64,000 nt of DNA from Gammaproteobacteria bacterium (GTDB lineage Bacteria > Pseudomonadota > Gammaproteobacteria > Pseudomonadales > Cellvibrionaceae): NCBI GenBank assembly GCA_004173475.1, contig SEBU01000008.1, positions 20,785 to 84,784 of the forward strand. Reading direction: 5' to 3'. This document shows, in pieces, positions 29,143-38,334 of the stretch. The notes under the pieces were generated by a model, which saw only the letters and a program-made list of their open reading frames with translations, did not search any database and was not told the DNA's origin. The translations under genes were made by a program, and so were the position numbers. The first letter of the stretch is position 1. Each line of letters starts with the position of its first letter.

Positions 29143-29198
29143 AGACTATGACTGTGGAGTGACAAAAATATGATGGAATCGTGACGGATTTGTTACCG
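29143..29198 (-). promoter_or_regulatory. Tandem Pho-box array and -10 element upstream of the olsF-like gene
   Basis: Minus strand CGGTAAC-aaat-CCGTCAC-gatt-CCATCAT-attt-TTGTCAC-tcca-CAGTCAT: five half-sites at exact 11-bp period. TAGTCT lies 10 nt after the fourth. Confidence 0.78.
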
Positions 29199-29206
29199 TC
29201 TACGAT

Positions 29207-30388
29207 TTATTGATGAAGTAAAAGTTGTTCTTGTTGCTTATTTACATAGTCGCTGTAAGGCGCTTTTATACTCGTAAGTTTTCCGGAACCGAGGTCAAAT
29301 TCAGCGTGATGTTGTAATTGGGTATCTAACAAATTACCGCTGACGAGAATTTCATTTTTCCCTGGTGTAAGGCTATTGTTGTAGTTTACTAAAAATTCTT
29401 TAACCAACGCGCATCCGGCTGATTGTGTGGGTGCAGCTAAAGGTTTAATTCCTGCAGATAATTGCAAACGTGGGCTAGGGTTTTGGTTAGCCATATTTAT
29501 TAATATGTGCGCGCAACAAACCGCTCGAAAACTACACTCGTGAAATTCCTCACCCGAAAAATCAATAAACAAGGTTTCTCCTGCAAGTGATTGACGTTGG
29601 CCATTGTAGAGACTGAGAAGCCCTTGAAGTTGTTTTTCAAACCGACGCAGCACACTATTAAAGCCTTCGCTATTTAGTTGCTGATGTAATTTAGTCAGGT
29701 TAAGCAAATGCAGGCTTAAACGTACACTTACCTGTGCCGGTGGTAGCGCTACAGGTTCCGGTTCCACAGAGGGTTCGGCAATAGTGGGAATTTTTTCAAC
29801 TACCGCAGTAACAATTTGATCGGCACTTGGCATTTTATCGCGCAACGCAGACCACCAGCGACGATGGATGGACCACCAAATAATCAACAGCGAACCTGTC
29901 ACTGAGGTCGCCCAAAATAATAAGAACCATGCGTCATGCGATGTTCGGCGCGGAATTTCCAGAGTAACTTCTAAATAACCAGCAACATTGTTGTGTAATG
30001 CTACGGGCGCAGTGAAATTGTAACGTTTACCTTGCACTGGTTGATTCGGTTTATAGCCGCTTTGGACTAAAAGCTTGTTATCGAGATTACGCAAGGTAAC
30101 GCCGATAACATTTGGGTATTGCGCTACTTCCTGCAAAATGGCCTGCAGGCTTACCATGTCTTGATTCAGTGTAGCGTCGACAGCCTGGCGTGCAGTACTG
30201 CTGGCAATGATTTGGCCGTAACGATCAATGTTAGCTTGTTGATTTTGATCAGCGTTGTATAAATAAAATGTCGCGCCGATTAGGCCCAGCGCCAACAATA
30301 GCAAGCTACATAAACTAAGTTGTGGATAGGTGCGATAGTGATTGAGCAGTGACATGTATTTCTCAAACATTGGTTTTATAGGATCCAT
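29207..30388 (-). CDS. AhpA/YtjB (Smp) family membrane protein with C-terminal cytoplasmic extension
   Basis: Divergent from serB as in other Gammaproteobacteria; TM-periplasmic (DMVSLQAIL..., IAGYLEV-like)-TM layout. Confidence 0.65.
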   Translation of the reverse strand: MDPIKPMFEKYMSLLNHYRTYPQLSLCSLLLLALGLIGATFYLYNADQNQQANIDRYGQIIASSTARQAVDATLNQDMVSLQAILQEVAQYPNVIGVTLRNLDNKLLVQSGYKPNQPVQGKRYNFTAPVALHNNVAGYLEVTLEIPRRTSHDAWFLLFWATSVTGSLLIIWWSIHRRWWSALRDKMPSADQIVTAVVEKIPTIAEPSVEPEPVALPPAQVSVRLSLHLLNLTKLHQQLNSEGFNSVLRRFEKQLQGLLSLYNGQRQSLAGETLFIDFSGEEFHECSFRAVCCAHILINMANQNPSPRLQLSAGIKPLAAPTQSAGCALVKEFLVNYNNSLTPGKNEILVSGNLLDTQLQHHAEFDLGSGKLTSIKAPYSDYVNKQQEQLLLHQ

Positions 30389-30619
30389 TCCGTGGGGCGC
30401 AGTTGTGCCCTGTGCAAATGCGCCGAGGCGCCTATTCTAGCCTAAATGACTTATTTTCTGTAGGTGTTTACAGATCGCTTATTGAGCTTGCAAACATACA
30501 GATTAACGGTGTGTTCGAATCTTTCCTGCTGGCCGTACTAGGTGCGTACGCACCAGTTAGGCTAGAATGCCGCGCTTCAATTCAATTGATTAACACCAAG
30601 TATGGCTGCGGAGTATCCA

Positions 30620-31849
30620 GTGAATAGTATTTTATTAATTAACGCATCGGGTGTGGACAAACCTGGCGTAACGCGTGCGATTAGCAAGGTACTTGCTGCC
30701 CATAATGCAAATGTTCTCGATATAGGTCAGGCCGTAATTCATGACATGCTCGCGTTGGGAATTTTGGTTGAAATTGATTTGGATGGCGATACGCGCGCCC
30801 AGCTAGAAAACGATATCGAATACTGCACTGCGCCACTTGGAATTAATGTGCGTTTCCAAACAATCAGTCAGGATAATTATGCGCAGTGGGTCGAACAACA
30901 AGGTAAAGCTCGTCATATAGTCACCTTGCTAGCCCGTCAGGTATCTGCCGCACAAATTGCAGAGTTAACTGCAATCACATCGAAACATGGTTTGAACATC
31001 GACAGTATCAATCGTTTGTCTGGTCGTATAGGTTTGGACGTATTAAAGGGCCAGAAAGAAAATACCAATAATGGCTGCGTAGAATTTTCAGTGCGTGGCA
31101 CGCCAGCAAATATTGCAGCATTGCGTTCAGATTTTATGGAGTTGTCGGCGCGTTTGAATATTGATATAGCTTTCCAACGCGATACCGTTTATCGACGCAA
31201 TCGCCGGTTAGTGTGTTTTGATATGGACTCAACATTGATAGACGCTGAAGTTATTGACGAACTGGCCAAGGCCGCTGGTGTAGGCGAGCAAGTATCGGAA
31301 ATCACTGAAGCCGCAATGCGTGGCGAGTTAGATTTCAAACAAAGTTTTGCGGCGCGTATGGCGCTACTTAAAGGATTGGATGAATCCGTGCTTGCAGGAA
31401 TTGCTGCAAATTTACGCTTGAATGAAGGCGCTGAAAAATTAATATCATCGCTGAAAAAATTAGGCTACAAAACGGCAATTCTCTCCGGTGGATTTAACTA
31501 CTTTGGCCGTTATTTACAAAACAAATTAGGCATTGATTACGTCTACGCTAACGAATTGGACATTGTCGATGGCAAAGTCACTGGCGAAGTTAAAGGTACG
31601 GTTGTAGATGGCCAGCGTAAGGCCGAGTTGCTTGCAATGCTGGCTCAACAGGAAGGAATCGAGTTGGAGCAAGTTATAGCGGTCGGCGATGGAGCCAATG
31701 ATTTACCTATGTTGAATGTAGCGGGTTTAGGCGTAGCTTTTCGCGCTAAACCGCTGGTAAAGGCGTCTGCAGAACATTCAATATCAACTCTTGGTCTGGA
31801 TGGAATTTTATATTTACTTGGTTTCCGCGAGCGCGACAAATTATTGTAA
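30620..31849 (+). CDS. serB: Phosphoserine phosphatase SerB with N-terminal ACT domains
   Basis: CFDMDSTL (HAD motif I), LSGGF, GDGANDLPML and N-terminal G.DKPG ACT motif. GTG 30620 has a GGAG SD. Confidence 0.95.
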   Translation: MNSILLINASGVDKPGVTRAISKVLAAHNANVLDIGQAVIHDMLALGILVEIDLDGDTRAQLENDIEYCTAPLGINVRFQTISQDNYAQWVEQQGKARHIVTLLARQVSAAQIAELTAITSKHGLNIDSINRLSGRIGLDVLKGQKENTNNGCVEFSVRGTPANIAALRSDFMELSARLNIDIAFQRDTVYRRNRRLVCFDMDSTLIDAEVIDELAKAAGVGEQVSEITEAAMRGELDFKQSFAARMALLKGLDESVLAGIAANLRLNEGAEKLISSLKKLGYKTAILSGGFNYFGRYLQNKLGIDYVYANELDIVDGKVTGEVKGTVVDGQRKAELLAMLAQQEGIELEQVIAVGDGANDLPMLNVAGLGVAFRAKPLVKASAEHSISTLGLDGILYLLGFRERDKLL

Positions 31850-31875
31850 AAATGAGCGCATGTGCGCTCATTTTT
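31848..31875. terminator. Bidirectional terminator between serB and the OmpA-family gene
   Basis: AAAAATGAGCGCA-TG-TGCGCTCATTTTT perfect inverted repeat. Confidence 0.85.
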
Positions 31876-31900
31876 GTATTTCTCTAAAGCAGAACCTTAA

Positions 31901-32989
31901 TTAAGGTTTTACCTCACGATCAACTGTCACGTTGTCAATTACAACACGGCGGTTAGGCTGTAAACACTCAATCAACTTTTCGCGATTTTTTTCCGTGCAG
32001 TTAACTACCGGATCTTTTTCACCTTTACCTTCCGTTAGCAAACGTTCAGAACTTATACCTTGGCCGACCATGTAATTTTTTACGGCTTCAGCCCGTCGTT
32101 CCGACAATGACTGGTTGTATTGCTCCGTACCAATCCTGTCTGTGTAGCCGATGATCTTGACTTCCTTAGGCTCGACGCTCGTTTTCAGTGATGACGTAAG
32201 TTGTTCAAGTTCTGCTGCTTGAGTTACTTCTGAGCTGTCGAATTTAAATAATTCGGTGGCTGAAATAGTAACTTTTTCAAAGCGAGGTGCTGGTGGTGCG
32301 ACTACGGGCGCTGGAGTAGCAGCAACCTGTGCTGATTTTTTATGATCACCGAATTTATAAACGACACCTACTGAAAACAAATCTATTTCGTTGTGATCAG
32401 TGATTGCGTTGCTAATTCTGTAGCGCTCTGCTTCTAGACGCATTGCCCACGAATCATTAAACGCATATTGCAGACCTAAACCTACCTTAGGAAATGTATC
32501 ACGATCACTTAGTTCGCCGCCCAGACCGCTAGCGGCACCGCTACCGGTAAAGGTATCTTGAGTTAACGCATAGGTAACACCTAATCGAGCAAACGCCGAT
32601 ATTTTTTCACTAAGCGGCATGTGGCCAACTACATCAAGATTTATTCCTCTTACTTGCATATTGGTTTTGAGCAAACCATCAGGTGTAGTTATGTGATTGA
32701 ACTGGAATTCACCCAAATCAAAAAAGCCTGCTTCTATAGAGATGTGTGGATTGATCTCATATCCGCCAAAAATTTTATAACCGCCGTCAATCGTGTTGTG
32801 ATCAAGATAAGTATTGGTGAAAGGAGGCGGAATTACATCGTCAGCAATTTTTTGTTCATCAAGATGGGCTCTCGATTGTCCGATATTTCCACCAATATAC
32901 CAATTTGACTCTTGGGCATATGCTAACGAGCTCGTTAATCCCGTTAACGAGACTAGGCCTATAATGGCGGATAAATTTTTGCATTTCAT
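31901..32989 (-). CDS. OmpA family outer membrane protein (beta-barrel, Pro/Ala linker, peptidoglycan-binding domain)
   Basis: NWYIGGNIGQS, AMRLEAERY, APAP linker, IIGYTDRIG..YNQSLSERRAEAVK, C..C pair and NRRV. Confidence 0.92.
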   Translation of the reverse strand: MKCKNLSAIIGLVSLTGLTSSLAYAQESNWYIGGNIGQSRAHLDEQKIADDVIPPPFTNTYLDHNTIDGGYKIFGGYEINPHISIEAGFFDLGEFQFNHITTPDGLLKTNMQVRGINLDVVGHMPLSEKISAFARLGVTYALTQDTFTGSGAASGLGGELSDRDTFPKVGLGLQYAFNDSWAMRLEAERYRISNAITDHNEIDLFSVGVVYKFGDHKKSAQVAATPAPVVAPPAPRFEKVTISATELFKFDSSEVTQAAELEQLTSSLKTSVEPKEVKIIGYTDRIGTEQYNQSLSERRAEAVKNYMVGQGISSERLLTEGKGEKDPVVNCTEKNREKLIECLQPNRRVVIDNVTVDREVKP

Positions 32990-33256
32990 AGCGGTCTCCT
33001 CAAAATTATGTGCGCAGCTATCAAAATTAACTATATCGGCGCAAATTTTTTTAAATAAGATTGCGAATTAAAATGTCAAATACGCGATCGTGGGGAGCAT
33101 GCTACTTAAGTGAAATATTCACCATCTGTTCGTTGACGCACGAAGTTGGTGATCTGGTTAACGCTGACGATTCTTATGTTTCGATTTATTGCGCCAAGTT
33201 AAAGGGTCATAAGCTGTTAAAAGCTTTAGTAAGCCTTAAAGATAAAATTAATAAAT

Positions 33257-33287
33257 AAAAAAGCCAGCTGACGTAGCTGGCTTTTTT
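33257..33287. terminator. Bidirectional-type terminator downstream of fimX
   Basis: AAAAAAGCCAGCT-GACGT-AGCTGGCTTTTTT. Confidence 0.85.
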
Positions 33288-33312
33288 ATTTGAGAAATTT
33301 AAAGATTGCTCG

Positions 33313-35406
33313 CTATGATTCCATATTGAAATCGTAGTTCAAGCCTTGCGTTGGCTCTTGCAGATAATGGCCTTGTATGTAGTGCGCACCTGCTTGCCAA
33401 AGTGTGGACAAGACGCTGGCATTTTCAACAAAGGGCACTATGGTGACTTTATTTTCGGCATGGAGTTTTTCAATCAATTCAATTAATGCTGCTGAGCTTT
33501 CATTTTTATGTTGGATATCACTGGTGAATGATCCGTCAATTTTAATCATGCTTGCTGCAACATGTTTGAGCGCGTTGAAAGGATTTAATGAACATCCAAA
33601 ATTAGTAATAGACATTTGAGTTTTTAATTTTTGCAATCCTTCCGCAAAACTTTTTGCTGCATTCAGATGATTAGTTACATCCACTTCATTAGCTTGAAAG
33701 GTGATTGCATCCGGCGTCAACTTCGCTGCTTTAAAGGCAACTGCAAGCCACGGCAATAAAGTTTCATCGCATAGCGATTGGCGGCCTAAATTAATAATCA
33801 ATTTGGTTTTGTTGCCTTTGATGCGATGTTGGGAAAGCATTTTGATAGATTCCAAAATTACCCAGCGGTCAACTTTAATGCTGAGATTAATTTTGCTGGC
33901 TGCCTCCAGGAATTCATCGGGCTCAATTTCGCTCCCGCTTTCCGTAATCATGCGTAAATAAACTTCGTAGTACTCTTCTTCAGAACCACGCAAGCTGATG
34001 ATTGGTTGGAATAGCAAACGGAATTTATCGTTATCGAGCGCATGTTGAACTTCACCGGCGATATCGCGAACCTTATCTTCAGCGGTAACTTCTTGTTCAA
34101 AGAGACTTGCATTATTACCTTGCGCTGAACTCACTTTATCCATGGCTGAGCGAGCTTGTTCAATCACAGTTCCTGCACTGGTGGACGTTTCGTTAATAAT
34201 GGAAACACCAATGCTACAAGTGAGCTGCAAGGTTTTACTGTCAATTTCAATTATATGATTTTCAAGCTGCTTACAAATTTGTAAGGCGCGATTGACTGCA
34301 GCATCTGCTTTAATATTGGGAATGAGCAAGGTAAAAGTAGTATCCCCAAAACGGGCTAGAATATCCGTGGTATTAACTTTTTCACGTAAAAGAGCAGATA
34401 TATCACCCAACACTAAATCAGAACCAGCCACGCCGAAAGCAGAGGATACTCGTTCGTTAAAACCGTCCAATTCAATGTATAGGAAACTGAAAGACTGCTG
34501 ATCACCTATATGATCGATAGTGTTTTCCAAGGTTTGAATCATGTATTGGCGATTGTAGAGACCTGTAACCAGATCTTGTGACTTGATCTGGTTTATTTGC
34601 GCCTGCAATTCTTCGTTGTTGCTAGTGGATTCGTATTTTTGTGCGCGCGCTAAAAATTGAATACAGGGCTCTTCATCGTAAGTGACGTGAGAAACTTCAA
34701 GATTAATCGGCCTAGAGGTTCCGTCTTGCATTACGCCGCGAAAGGCAAGTTGGCTTGAGCCAACATCTTCACCTTTCAATGTAAATTCTTTTAAAAAGTT
34801 TTTAAGTTTGCTTTGCTCTTCATCAGCCACCATATCCATGATGGGAAGGGCTTCTATGTCATCGCGATTTTCAAATCCGAACAATTCTGCAAAAGATTCG
34901 TTCGCATACAGATAGAGACCATCCTGCACATAAGCGATTGCATCGCGAGAAGAATCCAGCAATTGCTGGCTTCGACGTTCAGCTTCGCGGAAGCGTCGAT
35001 CAGCTGATCGGCGTGCCTGACGGTCAACACGATTCGCCATTTCGCGTTGAATTACCATCAGCAAATGTTGGTCGTTATCAAGACTCACAACATCTACTGC
35101 ACCCATTTTCATACCCTCGACTTGACCGAAGGCTTCTTCCTCTTCCTTTAACAGAATGACGGGCACATCTTTGTTTAGCCGGCGAATATGTTTGAGTGTG
35201 GCTTGTGGGGTAGGGTTATTAGTATTGTCATTGGCAATCAATAAGTCCCAAGTTTGTTCTTGTAATAATTTTACCAGCACTTCCTCGCTGTCTACATGTT
35301 GCGCCCTGCTAGGTCTGCCGGCGTTATGCAGCATGCTAATGAGTCGCTCTGCTTCCGCGCGCGAATTATTAAGAATTATGAGGCGAATGGTATCTAGTGG
35401 GGTCAT
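33313..35406 (-). CDS. fimX: FimX-like c-di-GMP receptor (degenerate REC-PAS-degenerate GGDEF-EAL)
   Basis: TIRLIIL..S..EAERLISML.NAG N-terminus; GDTTF in place of GGDEF; YEVYLRM and IKIDGS EAL; serB/fimW synteny. Confidence 0.85.
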   Translation of the reverse strand: MTPLDTIRLIILNNSRAEAERLISMLHNAGRPSRAQHVDSEEVLVKLLQEQTWDLLIANDNTNNPTPQATLKHIRRLNKDVPVILLKEEEEAFGQVEGMKMGAVDVVSLDNDQHLLMVIQREMANRVDRQARRSADRRFREAERRSQQLLDSSRDAIAYVQDGLYLYANESFAELFGFENRDDIEALPIMDMVADEEQSKLKNFLKEFTLKGEDVGSSQLAFRGVMQDGTSRPINLEVSHVTYDEEPCIQFLARAQKYESTSNNEELQAQINQIKSQDLVTGLYNRQYMIQTLENTIDHIGDQQSFSFLYIELDGFNERVSSAFGVAGSDLVLGDISALLREKVNTTDILARFGDTTFTLLIPNIKADAAVNRALQICKQLENHIIEIDSKTLQLTCSIGVSIINETSTSAGTVIEQARSAMDKVSSAQGNNASLFEQEVTAEDKVRDIAGEVQHALDNDKFRLLFQPIISLRGSEEEYYEVYLRMITESGSEIEPDEFLEAASKINLSIKVDRWVILESIKMLSQHRIKGNKTKLIINLGRQSLCDETLLPWLAVAFKAAKLTPDAITFQANEVDVTNHLNAAKSFAEGLQKLKTQMSITNFGCSLNPFNALKHVAASMIKIDGSFTSDIQHKNESSAALIELIEKLHAENKVTIVPFVENASVLSTLWQAGAHYIQGHYLQEPTQGLNYDFNMES

Positions 35407-35695
35407 ATAATATTTTTCTGCGCCTATCCTTCAACCGCTGAGGGCGGTATCTATGCCAAATGTCGGTAACAGGTTGCCCGGATTTATAAACTACCTTGGT
35501 TCGAGTTCTTCGCTATCTTACTTCAATATTGCATTTGCTCAAGCCTTCAGGTGATTTATGCGACCTGGTTAACCTTGTCGCAAATTTTCTACATTTTTTA
35601 TTAAATTTTTCAGTCTGGTGCACACTCATTACGTGACAAAGCGCGACAAGAGCAGATTTTGTGGCGAAATTTTGATCCAAAACGCACGTTGGCGC

Positions 35696-37531
35696 TTAAG
35701 CGTCCCAAATTGAGTCGAAGTCGTCGTTCTTAGCTGTCTCTTTAGATTTGGGAGACGTTAGGTCGCGATAGGTAAATTGACTGAATACTCCCGTTGCAAA
35801 CAAACGGTGAGTTAATTGAATATTTTGTGGACCTGCGTCAGCCGATGTTTGTGTTCGTCTGTAGACACGCACTTTGCCATACTCACGAAAAGATACTGCA
35901 TTGGTAATGAGGGTCGCCGGCTGATTGATAGCTTTCAGTGGTGGAATTTCAAGCGCGCGCAAATATTCTGACGACTCGCCTGTTTTATGAATTATTGCGA
36001 GACCAATTGGCGTTACATGGGCTGCCAGAATTTGAATACCCAGTTGGGTTGCTCCCCTGGTTTGATTAGCCCAGCGAACAACGCCCAAGGTCCAACGATT
36101 GCGCGACGGGTCGCGTAACCCTAGCAGTTCACCCGCTTTTACCTGACTGGGAATTTCATCGCGCCATTCTATGCAATAGCCGCCTGCACTCGTGTCGATA
36201 AGGGGAACGTGGTAAACGGGGTAAGCATCTTTAAACTCGCCTTCCTCACGTTTTCTTATCTCGGATTCAATAGCGTCTGTGGCTAGCTGCTGACCGGCGA
36301 GTGATGTTCTTGAAATATCAAATGCGTCATCCCAAGGGTCGTCGGATGATTTTTTTTGATCGTTATTTTTTAAACTAACACCGCGTTTTTGAAAAATGGT
36401 ATCAAGGCCGGCAATCGATTGGGTTGCGCCAGTCCGGTTTAAAAAATGGGTAAATATCATCTGCCCGGATAAATGATAATGAATAGTACTGAGACCAACA
36501 GCAACATCTAATGCTCCCTGACTTTGTTGACGATCGAAATTTCTTTGTGCGAGTAAATTCCAGGCTTGTATAAGATGTGCAGTTAATGCCGGCGTTAATT
36601 GCATTTCATTTCGCAATGCATTCGCCTCAGAATCATTACCGGTTGCGGTGCTGAGCTCGTTTAATTTTTTACAGATTTGTGCAGTATTTAATTCCAGCAA
36701 TAGCCCATCGTCGTCGGTTGAGAAGCGTGATCGATAAAGTGGCGGCCGATTACTATTGAGCGCAACCGCAAATAAATTATCGTGATTGCCACTTTGCGTA
36801 TCTTGCAATTGTGCCAACACACTCAGCTCATCCAATGCTTTAAATGTTGAAAGGATTTCATCCTGCCGTAATTGATTGGGTCGAGCACAAGAAAGTAAGA
36901 GTGCGCGAATATAAGTGAGCGTTATGGTTGGGCAATGTTGCAAATGGAGATAATCATCTGCCACCTGGTTTTCTGTAATTTCCAGATGCAGCGCTAATTG
37001 ATAGAGCGAATGCAGTTCGGTCCACAATTGGCCCGAAATAGGAACATAAAGTTGATAATATCGTAACAACAGCAAACTAATTCCTGTAATCGCGCGATGA
37101 ATCGCCAGCGTCAACAAGTCTGTATTTGCGTTGGATTGGTTTGCTAAATCACGTATGGCAACCAGGTAACCGTTGATCATGTGTTTCTGTAAAGCTTGCG
37201 CAATGGTCGCGGTTTTTACGGCTGGATCCGGCAGTATTAAAGGTTGGTTGAGGAATGCTTGCGTCAGGCCTTCAATGGATTGCAAGGTCGGATTGCGCAA
37301 GTTTTCTAAAATTTGGATGCGATTGCCAGGGTTAGTTTGAAATCGACTGATGTCCGGTAACGCCTGGTAAAGTAAACCGCTTACAAATTGCGTTTGGGTC
37401 AGTGGTAAAGAGCGCACCCAAGCCTTAACGCTGCTATCTCTCGAACCATCGCAAAAGCTCAATTGCGCCAAATCTTGTACGGGCACATTGAGTTGCTGGA
37501 GAAGCTGTTTGATCGGCTGCAATCTTGTCAT
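35696..37531 (-). CDS. fimW: FimW-like cyclic-di-GMP receptor (C-terminal PilZ-like region)
   Basis: LPLTQ...LYQALP, ALLLSCARPNQLRQDEI, RNFDRQ and DTSAGGYCIEW (RxxxR / DxSxxG); upstream of fimX. Confidence 0.75.
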   Translation of the reverse strand: MTRLQPIKQLLQQLNVPVQDLAQLSFCDGSRDSSVKAWVRSLPLTQTQFVSGLLYQALPDISRFQTNPGNRIQILENLRNPTLQSIEGLTQAFLNQPLILPDPAVKTATIAQALQKHMINGYLVAIRDLANQSNANTDLLTLAIHRAITGISLLLLRYYQLYVPISGQLWTELHSLYQLALHLEITENQVADDYLHLQHCPTITLTYIRALLLSCARPNQLRQDEILSTFKALDELSVLAQLQDTQSGNHDNLFAVALNSNRPPLYRSRFSTDDDGLLLELNTAQICKKLNELSTATGNDSEANALRNEMQLTPALTAHLIQAWNLLAQRNFDRQQSQGALDVAVGLSTIHYHLSGQMIFTHFLNRTGATQSIAGLDTIFQKRGVSLKNNDQKKSSDDPWDDAFDISRTSLAGQQLATDAIESEIRKREEGEFKDAYPVYHVPLIDTSAGGYCIEWRDEIPSQVKAGELLGLRDPSRNRWTLGVVRWANQTRGATQLGIQILAAHVTPIGLAIIHKTGESSEYLRALEIPPLKAINQPATLITNAVSFREYGKVRVYRRTQTSADAGPQNIQLTHRLFATGVFSQFTYRDLTSPKSKETAKNDDFDSIWDA

Positions 37532-37650
37532 CGTGCACAAATGTCACTGAGATAATCTGGTGTGTTAATACACTATAGCCCAATAATTCAGGTCGGCTTG
37601 GAATCAGGATCTAACGGATGTCCGCTTAAAAGCTTATGTAATGCGTTATT

Positions 37651-38334
37651 TTAATTAAGTTTGGCATCGAGCACGGCAAGGCGCTCCGGTGTACCCACAT
37701 CACTCCATTGTCCACGATAAACTTCTGCAGTGATGCGCTTTTCATTGATACCATACTTTAAAACTTCACCAAGTGGAAATTTTACGCAGCGATGAGGATA
37801 ATATTTAATTAGTCGTGGATGAATCAAACTGATTCCTGCAAAAGTAAATTTTTCGAGACTCGGGTTGTTTTCAAGCACACCTGAGTCATTTGGCGAAAAA
37901 TCTCCGTTGGGGTGAAACTCAGGATTAGGTACCAGTATCAAATGTGCGTCTTCGTGTGAAGATGCAGAATGATTGCAGAGCTTTGTAAGCGGATAATCGG
38001 TCCACACATCGCCATTGATAAGAATAAAAGGATCATCGCCTAACAAATGCAGTGCATTCAACAATGCGCCGGCTGTCTCAAGCGGCTCGGGCTCGACGGA
38101 AAAATGAACGCTTAAACCGAACTGATTGCCATTGCCCACGAAGAGCCGAATTTTTTCGCCCAGATACGCAAGGTTAATAACTACATCCGTAACTCCAGCT
38201 TGCGCCAAGGCTTCCAAATGATATTGCAGTAATGGCTTTCCTCCGACACCAAGCATAGGTTTTGGCAGGGTATCCGTTAGAGGGCGCATTCTTTGCCCCA
38301 GGCCTGCGGCCAAAATCATTGCTTTGCGAATCAT
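37651..38334 (-). CDS. murU: N-acetylmuramate alpha-1-phosphate uridylyltransferase
   Basis: AMILAAGLGQRMRPLTDTLPKPML, LETAG, NGDVWTD and WSDVGTPERL; overlaps amgK by 4 bp. Confidence 0.92.
   Translation of the reverse strand: MIRKAMILAAGLGQRMRPLTDTLPKPMLGVGGKPLLQYHLEALAQAGVTDVVINLAYLGEKIRLFVGNGNQFGLSVHFSVEPEPLETAGALLNALHLLGDDPFILINGDVWTDYPLTKLCNHSASSHEDAHLILVPNPEFHPNGDFSPNDSGVLENNPSLEKFTFAGISLIHPRLIKYYPHRCVKFPLGEVLKYGINEKRITAEVYRGQWSDVGTPERLAVLDAKLN

Noticed and set aside
35444-35460. sigma54-like TTGGCAT-agata-CCGC upstream of fimX
   Set aside because: GG-N10-GC spacing is right but the -12 context is poor (CCGCC versus TTGCW); too weak alone.
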